Shown piece after piece: positions 57,911-64,000 of a stretch of DNA of 64,000 nucleotides. Origin of the DNA: Kiritimatiellia bacterium (GTDB lineage Bacteria; Verrucomicrobiota; Kiritimatiellia; RFP12; JBMNHG01). Made by a program: the position numbers and the translations under genes. Each line of letters starts with the position of its first letter. Position 1 is the first letter of the stretch. The notes below the pieces were generated by a model. It saw only the letters and a program-made list of their open reading frames with translations, did not search any database and was not told the origin of the DNA. The stretch spans positions 1-64,000 of the forward strand of contig JBMNHG010000008.1 of assembly GCA_050950285.1 (NCBI GenBank). Reading direction: 5' to 3'.

Positions 57911-58797
57911 GTTTTTGCGGGCTGACATAGCCCCGAAGGGGCGGCATCACCCTGGCCCAGGGCAAGCGCAGCGCAGCCCTGGGTCAGGGGCGAATGTGAT
58001 CGTGGCCTGAAGGGCCACTTCAAACATTGGCGGACGCGGCTTGAGGTGCCTCTTCAGGGCACATCGACGCTGGGTGCAATAGCCCCGAAGGGGCGGCCTC
58101 ACCCTAGCCCAGGGCAAGCGCAGCGCAGCCCTGGGTCAGGGGCGAATGTGATCGTGGCCTGAAGGGCCACTTCAAACATTGGCGGACGCGGCTTGAGGAG
58201 CCCCTTCAGGGCACATTTTTGCTGGCTGGCGCCACCCGGGGCTACGCTGCGCTTGCCCCGGGCTATGGTGCATCCGGCCCGTTGGGCCGACGGCGCGGGG
58301 CTGGTGCTCCCGCCCCGTACCATGATGAGCCGGCCCATTGGGCCGGCGGCGCGGGGCTGGTGCCCCCGCCCCGTACCATGATGAGCCGGCCCGTTGGGTC
58401 GGCGGCGCGGGGCTGGTGCCCCCGCCCCGTACCATGATGAGCCGGCCCGTTGGGCCGGCGGCGCGAGGCTGGCGCCCCCGCTCACGGGGGGGGCACAGGG
58501 TGTTTTTGGGGATGGACGATTATTGCGACCACTCAGTGGTTCGCAATGTAGAGGGTAAAAGCCCTGCGCTGCCCCTTCGCTGTGCCATAGCCCCGAAGGG
58601 GCGCCCTCACCATAGCCCAGGGCAAGCATAGCGCAGCCCTGGGTTTGGTAGCGCATAGGATCGTGGCCTGAAGGGCCACTTCAAACATTGGCGGCCGCGG
58701 CTTGAGGTGCCCCTTCAGGGCACATCGACGCTGGGTGCAATAGCCCCGAAGGGGCGGCATCACCCTAGCCCAGGGCAAGCGCAGCGCAGCCCTGGGT
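57889..58797. repeat. Hierarchical palindromic repeat array, right block, including a 56-bp tandem
   Basis: ~153-bp units at 57927, 58079, 58587, partial at 58740; 56-bp units at 58274, 58330, 58386, 58442; higher-order start motif at 58516. Confidence 0.95.
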
Positions 58798-58818
58798 TGC
58801 GGGAGGCCCGAGTCCGCT

Positions 58819-58875
58819 CCAAAAATCGCGTTTCCCAAAAATCGCGTTGAGAATGGCGGGAGAAAAGGGTATTCT
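58819..58875 (+). promoter_or_regulatory. grpE-dnaJ promoter with 14-bp direct repeat
   Basis: CCAAAAATCGCGTT x2 (58819, 58835) overlapping TTGAGA-N17-TATTCT. Confidence 0.55.
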
Positions 58876-58933
58876 TATGGGTTCTATCGCGGAATCTCTA
58901 CGCGATCCACCTGCTCTTTTGAATCCAAACGAC

Positions 58934-59620
58934 ATGAAGCATTCCAACCGACCCCCAAAATCTCCCGCCTCCAAGGTCGCGATATCGACCCCTTCGGCGA
59001 AGACCGTCCGACATAAGCCGGCTGCCGCCGCCGAGACCGGCGCCGCCGAGACCGCCGCCGAGACCGGCGCGACGCCCCCCGTTGGAGAAGAATCCGTTCC
59101 CGTGGAGGCCGATGAGCGCGTGAAACAGCTTGAGGACGATTTGGCCCGCCTCAAAGACGCCCACCTGCGCCTGATGGCCGATTTCGAAAACCATCGCCGC
59201 CGCAACGCCCGCGAACGCGAAGAACTCGTGAAGCGCGCCACCGAAAACCTGATGGAGTCGCTCCTCCCCACCCTCGACGCCATCGACCTCGCCATGAAGC
59301 AGAAGCCCGAAGGGAACGACCCCTTTGCCCAAGGGATCGTCATGGTCTTCGACCTTCTCCGCAAGGGTCTCGAAGCTGGCGGCCTCAAGGCCATCGAGGA
59401 CGCGACCGGCCAGCCCTTCGACCCGCAGTTCCACGACGCCGTCGCCACCTCCCCCTCGCCCGATGTCCCCGAAAACGCCGTGATTGAACAGACCCGCCGG
59501 GGCTACCTGCTGAACGGCTGGCTCCTGCGCGCCGCGCAGGTGGTGGTCTCCAGCGGCGCAACCGAAGAGGATGCCCCCGACGCGGATGCGGACGACGCTC
59601 CGGATGCGTCCGAGGGCTAA
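58934..59620 (+). CDS. grpE: Nucleotide exchange factor GrpE
   Basis: LRLMADFENHRRR, LLPTLD, GQPFDPQFHDAV, RGYLLNG.LLRAAQVVV; start uncertain. Confidence 0.93.
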   Translation: MKHSNRPPKSPASKVAISTPSAKTVRHKPAAAAETGAAETAAETGATPPVGEESVPVEADERVKQLEDDLARLKDAHLRLMADFENHRRRNAREREELVKRATENLMESLLPTLDAIDLAMKQKPEGNDPFAQGIVMVFDLLRKGLEAGGLKAIEDATGQPFDPQFHDAVATSPSPDVPENAVIEQTRRGYLLNGWLLRAAQVVVSSGATEEDAPDADADDAPDASEG

Positions 59621-59632
59621 GGGGAAAACGCC

Positions 59633-60793
59633 ATGGCTGCAAAACGCGACTATTACGAGGTGCTGGGCGTGTCCCGTACCGCCACGGCCGACGAAATCAA
59701 GAAGGCCTATCGCTCGCTGGCGATGAAGTATCATCCGGACCGCAATCAGGGGGATGAAGACGCCGCCGAAAAATTCAAGGAGGCCTCCGAGGCCTACGAA
59801 GTGCTCAGCGACGCCGAAAAGCGCTCCCGCTACGACCAGTTCGGCCACGAGGGCATGAAGTCCACCTTCGGCCCCGGCGGATTCGACTTCAACCGCGACT
59901 TCACCCAGGGCGCCGACTTCCAGGACATCTTCGGCAGCCTCTTCGGCAGCCTCTTCGGCGGGGGGCACCAGGCGCCGCGGAACGGCCCGCGCCGCGGGAA
60001 CGACCTCCGCTACGACCTCGAAATCGACCTCGAGGAGGCGCTTTTCGGCTCGCGCCGGGATCTCGTCCTGCCCGTCACGGACAACTGCTCCGACTGCAAC
60101 GGCTCCGGCGCCGCCCCCGGCAGCAAGCGCGAATCCTGCCCCCGATGCCACGGCCGCGGATCCATCATCTCCGGCGGCGGCTTCTTCCAGATCAGCCAGC
60201 CCTGCCCCACCTGCAGCGGCGAAGGCACGGTGGTCGGCCAGCCCTGTTCCAAATGCCGCGGCTCCGGCCGCGTGAAGACGCGACGGACCATCGACCTCCG
60301 CATCCCCGCGGGCGTGGACACCGGAACGCGCCTGCGCCTCTCCGGGAAGGGCGAAGGCGGACTGCGGGGCGGCCCCAGCGGCGACCTCCACGTGGTGATC
60401 CACGTACGCGAGCACGAACTCTTTTCCCGCGAGGACAACGACCTCGCCTGCATCGTCTCCGTTCCGCCCCACGTGGCGGCCCTCGGCGGCGAGGTCGAGG
60501 CGCCCACCCCCGACGGCGTCGCCAAGCTCAAGATCGCGGCCGGCACCACGAACGGCAAGATCCTCCGCATCCGCGGGAAAGGCGTCCCCAGCCTCCACGG
60601 ACGCGGTTCCGGCGACCTCCACGTGCGCGTGGAAATCGAAGTGCCCGTCAGACTCGACCAACGCCAGCGCAAGCTGCTGCAAGAGTTCGGCGAGACCTGC
60701 AAGCCGGACAATTTCCCCGAATCCCAGCGTCGCAAGAGGCTCTCCGAGAAGTTCCTCGCGCGCCGCGAACGCCTCTGGAAGGCCTCCGAGTAG
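59633..60793 (+). CDS. dnaJ: Molecular chaperone DnaJ
   Basis: [14 protein letters not shown] region, four CxxCxGxG motifs. Confidence 0.97.
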   Translation: MAAKRDYYEVLGVSRTATADEIKKAYRSLAMKYHPDRNQGDEDAAEKFKEASEAYEVLSDAEKRSRYDQFGHEGMKSTFGPGGFDFNRDFTQGADFQDIFGSLFGSLFGGGHQAPRNGPRRGNDLRYDLEIDLEEALFGSRRDLVLPVTDNCSDCNGSGAAPGSKRESCPRCHGRGSIISGGGFFQISQPCPTCSGEGTVVGQPCSKCRGSGRVKTRRTIDLRIPAGVDTGTRLRLSGKGEGGLRGGPSGDLHVVIHVREHELFSREDNDLACIVSVPPHVAALGGEVEAPTPDGVAKLKIAAGTTNGKILRIRGKGVPSLHGRGSGDLHVRVEIEVPVRLDQRQRKLLQEFGETCKPDNFPESQRRKRLSEKFLARRERLWKASE

Positions 60794-60848
60794 ACTCGGC
60801 GTACCGGAGGCCGCGGGCGCACAGCCCATTCCCCCGGGGTCCCATCCC

Positions 60849-61640
60849 ATGCACCGCTGCCCCGTCGACACCGCTCGCATCGTCGCACCCGGTCCCCTCC
60901 TCCTGGACCGGCAGGAGGCGCGCCACCTCCGGACGGTGTTGCGAATCCGGGAGGGCGAGGAGGTGGAACTCTTCGATGGGCAAGGACTTACGCGTCGCAT
61001 GCGCGTGGGGAGCCTCTCCCGTGACGGCATCGTCTTCGAGCCGATCGACCCCGCACCCGTCGCCCATCCCCGCCCCGCCTGCGCCCTGACCCTCGCCGCC
61101 TGCGTCTGCAAGGGCCATCGCATGGACTGGATCATCGAAAAAGCCGTTGAACTTGGCGCCTCGCGCATCCTTCCCGTGCTCTCCGGGCGCACCGTCGCCC
61201 GTCCCAATCCTGCGGATTTCGATGCCCGGAACGGCCGCTGGGCCCGCATCGCGCGGGAAAGCGCGCGCCAATGCGCTTCCGCCTGGACGCCGGAAATCCT
61301 TCCCCCCACGCCCTTGATGGACGCCGTTGCCGAACTGCGGAAAAACGGCGCGCCGCTTTTCGCCGCCCTCCTGCGTCCCGGCACGCGCCCCGTGCGCGAG
61401 GCGCTGGACGCGATGCGGAGCGAAGCGGGGACTCCCGCCGCTCCCCCCATGGCGGGATGGATATCCGGCCCCGAAGGCGACTTCACCCCGGCGGAGGAGG
61501 ACGCCCTCATCGCCGCCGGCGCAACGCCCGTGAGCCTCGGCCCCCTCATCCTGCGCGCGGAGACCGCCGCCATCTACGGGCTGTGCGTCTTGGGCGCGGA
61601 GTGGCTTCGCGCCGCGGGACCCCCGGAAGGCGCGGCATGA
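60849..61640 (+). CDS. rsmE: 16S rRNA m3U1498 methyltransferase
   Basis: HLRTVLR, IIEKAVELG, ESARQC, GPEGDF, SLGPLILRAETA. Confidence 0.92.
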   Translation: MHRCPVDTARIVAPGPLLLDRQEARHLRTVLRIREGEEVELFDGQGLTRRMRVGSLSRDGIVFEPIDPAPVAHPRPACALTLAACVCKGHRMDWIIEKAVELGASRILPVLSGRTVARPNPADFDARNGRWARIARESARQCASAWTPEILPPTPLMDAVAELRKNGAPLFAALLRPGTRPVREALDAMRSEAGTPAAPPMAGWISGPEGDFTPAEEDALIAAGATPVSLGPLILRAETAAIYGLCVLGAEWLRAAGPPEGAA

Positions 61641-62590
61641 AGCGCTTCCTCCCGGTCCTTGGCGTCGCCGTCGGCTCGCTCGCGATTTCGGCGCTGTGCG
61701 TCTTCATCGGGCCGCACTTCACGCTTCCCGGGGCGGGCGGCCTCCCCGCAAACCTGCTGGCCATGCGCCTGTGCCGCGTGGCGACCGCCTTCGCCGTCGG
61801 GGCGGCCCTCGCCTCTTCCGGCGTCGTGTTCCAGGCCGTGCTGCGGAATCCGCTCGCCGACCCCTACGTGCTGGGCGTAAGTGCCGGCGCGGCCCTCGGC
61901 GCGGCCGCCACCATCGTCTCGGGCATCGCGGCGGCGAGCCCGTTCGCCCTTCCCGCCGGCGCCTTCCTCGCGGCGGTGGTGTCGCTGGCCCTCGTGGTCG
62001 CCCTCTCCTCCGGACGGCGCGCCGTTTCCTCCGAAGCCGGACTCATCCTGTGCGGCGTCATCGTGAGCGCCATGGCCACAAGCCTGCTCATGGTGCTGCA
62101 GACCTTCTCCTCGGAAAAGGGGCTTCTCTCCATCACCTGGTGGATGCTCGGCAGCCTCCAGTCCACGCCGCCGCGCCTTCTCGCGATCGGCACGACCGCT
62201 TCGTTCGCGGGATTCCTTGCGGCCTGGTGGATGGCGCGCGACCTCGACGTGCTCACCCTCGGCGGCGAGATGGCCCACCACCTGGGCGTGAAGGCGCGCC
62301 GCACCGCCCTTCTCGCGCTCGCCGCAGGAACGCTTTCCGCCGCCGCCGCCGTGGCGATGGCGGGGCTCATCGGCTTCGTCGGACTGATCGTCCCCCACGC
62401 CGTGCGGCGCATCCTGGGAGCGGGACACCGCCGCCTGCTCCCCGCCTGTCTCTTCGCGGGCGGCGCCTTCCTCGTGCTGTGCGACACCTTCGCCCGCGCC
62501 GCCTTCTCGCCACGCGAACTCCCCGTGGGCGTCGTGACCGCCCTCCTCGGCGGCCCCTTCTTCCTCGTCCTTCTCCGCCGTCGCCGCTAG
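61637..62590 (+). CDS. FecCD/BtuC-family iron/cobalamin ABC transporter permease
   Basis: FQAVLRNPLADPYVLGVSAGA, WMLGSL, GLIGFVGLIVPH, ELPVGVVTALLGGPFF. Confidence 0.92.
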   Translation: MKRFLPVLGVAVGSLAISALCVFIGPHFTLPGAGGLPANLLAMRLCRVATAFAVGAALASSGVVFQAVLRNPLADPYVLGVSAGAALGAAATIVSGIAAASPFALPAGAFLAAVVSLALVVALSSGRRAVSSEAGLILCGVIVSAMATSLLMVLQTFSSEKGLLSITWWMLGSLQSTPPRLLAIGTTASFAGFLAAWWMARDLDVLTLGGEMAHHLGVKARRTALLALAAGTLSAAAAVAMAGLIGFVGLIVPHAVRRILGAGHRRLLPACLFAGGAFLVLCDTFARAAFSPRELPVGVVTALLGGPFFLVLLRRRR

Positions 62591-62709
62591 CCCTCCGCCT
62601 CCTTGGACCAGACGGCGTGCCGCGACGTTCGCGGCGCGCCGTTTTCCCCTTCCCTTTTCCGGAAGCCTCCCGCTGGCGGAGGACAGATGGTTGTGATACG
62701 GTACTTCCA

Positions 62710-64000
62710 ATGAACCCACGCTCGATCCCCCATGATCCGTCGCCGACGAGAGCGCTCGTGCTGGTGGGCGCGGACGACGATGCGGGGCTCCTCGCCGTCC
62801 TCGGGCGGCTCGCGGAGTTTCTCGACGCGGCCCCTGCCGCGCCGCTGGGGGACATCGCCTACACGATGGGAATCGCCGCGCGAAACGCACGGCTCGCCGC
62901 CGCCGTCGTGGCGGAATCCGTCGCCGACCTCCGCACCAAACTCGCCACCCTGCACCGGCAGCTGACCGATCCCGGTCCCACGCGCATCGCCCGGCGCGGG
63001 CTTCATCTCCCACGCGCCGCCGCGGGTGAAGGGGGCAGGATCGCCTTCGTCTTCCCCGGCGAAGGCTCGCAATATCCCCGCATGCTCCGCAACATCTGCC
63101 TTTCCATGCCCGAATGCCTGCGCGCCTTCGACGAGGTGGAGGCCGCCAGCCTGGACGCAGGGGGAATCGCGCCCAGCCGATGGATCTTCCCGCTCACGCC
63201 GAACATCGTGGCCAAAGCCACCCGCGACGCCGGCGAACGCGTCAGCGTGGCCGAAGGCGTCCTCGCCGTACTGGCGGCGGACACCGCCTACGCGCGCCTC
63301 CTCCAAAGCCTCGACATCCGCCCCGACGGGGCGATCGGCGCCGGCGTGGGCGAGATTGCCGCCCTCGAATGCGCCGGGGTCTTCTCCTTCGCGGACGACC
63401 CCCGCGCCCGCCTGCGCGCACTCGGCAAAAGCTACCTCGTGATGCGCGACGCCGCCGACGCCTTCGATCCCTCCGCCACCGTCCAGTTCTCCATCAGCGG
63501 CATCCCGCACGAGACCTTCCTCGACGTGCTCTCCCGCTTCCCGGGAGAGGCCGAACCCACCCGCCGCTTCGGCCCCCGCCAATTCGCGGCCTGCGTGAAG
63601 GCGCCCGCCGCCGAAGCCGCCTCCCGTGCCTTCCGCGACGCCGGCGGGATCGTGCGCCGGCTTCCCTTCAACCGCCCCTTCCACACCCCGTGGTTCGCCT
63701 CCGCCGTCCCCGAACTCGCACAATGCTTCGACGAATGGATCGTGCGCCCGCCGGAAATCCCCGTCTACTCCTGCGCCACCGGACTTCCGCTCCCCGACGA
63801 CCTCGACGCCCTGCGCAAGACCGCCCTCGACCAGTGGATACGCCCCGTCGACTTCGCCTCCTCCATCGAGCGGATGTACGCCGACGGCTTCCGCATCTTC
63901 ATCGAGGTCGGTGCGCGGGGCATCCTTTCCTCGGGCATCGACGCCCAGCTGGAGGACCGTCCCCATCTCGCCGTGCCCATGAACCGCGTCCACAGAGGCG
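62710..64000 (+). CDS. PKS/PUFA-synthase-type acyltransferase-domain protein (partial, runs off window)
   Basis: Read manually from ATG 62710: LGDIAYTM KS-AT linker, IAFVFPGEGSQYP, RPFHTPWF, PVYSCATG, RPVDF, FIEVGARG. Confidence 0.8.
   Translation, partial: MNPRSIPHDPSPTRALVLVGADDDAGLLAVLGRLAEFLDAAPAAPLGDIAYTMGIAARNARLAAAVVAESVADLRTKLATLHRQLTDPGPTRIARRGLHLPRAAAGEGGRIAFVFPGEGSQYPRMLRNICLSMPECLRAFDEVEAASLDAGGIAPSRWIFPLTPNIVAKATRDAGERVSVAEGVLAVLAADTAYARLLQSLDIRPDGAIGAGVGEIAALECAGVFSFADDPRARLRALGKSYLVMRDAADAFDPSATVQFSISGIPHETFLDVLSRFPGEAEPTRRFGPRQFAACVKAPAAEAASRAFRDAGGIVRRLPFNRPFHTPWFASAVPELAQCFDEWIVRPPEIPVYSCATGLPLPDDLDALRKTALDQWIRPVDFASSIERMYADGFRIFIEVGARGILSSGIDAQLEDRPHLAVPMNRVHRG

Noticed and set aside
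54498..58797. CRISPR array
   Set aside because: Inter-repeat segments are near-identical rather than unique spacers, units are multi-hairpin and partly inverted, and no cas genes are present
57893..58800. tnpB / omega-RNA (IS605-type) downstream of tnpA
   Set aside because: No TnpB ORF; the repeat hairpin begins at the tnpA stop codon
54515..58838. Many short ORFs inside the array (e.g. PRAALRLPWAMV repeats)
   Set aside because: They are translations of palindromic DNA repeats, with no RBS or codon bias

Overview
High-GC bacterial chromosome segment. It is probably PVC superphylum, Kiritimatiellia/Lentisphaerae-like, which is inferred only from protein style. It contains the likely replication origin (dnaA-dnaN, with non-canonical DnaA-box-like 9-mers), housekeeping genes (mutL [frameshifted], pyrF, recA, miaB, grpE, dnaJ, rsmE, two parvulins) and many carbohydrate genes (fucI, sugar ABC operon with fused permease, two GH2, GH130, GH36, ugd, uxs, an uncharacterised glycyl radical enzyme plus activase). 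An ~8 kb accessory island lies between dnaN and grpE. It holds an intact IS1634 (14-bp IRs, 6-bp TSD), an AAA+/DUF4143 ATPase, a DUF2442 gene with a collapsed DUF4160 partner, and a ~4.3 kb hierarchical array of hairpin modules. In one ~153-bp array unit the 17-18-nt central spacer is replaced by a Y1-HUH transposase gene, giving an autonomous element surrounded by ten non-autonomous REPIN/MITE-like copies. This is the most striking system in the window. No rRNA, tRNA or CRISPR was recognised.
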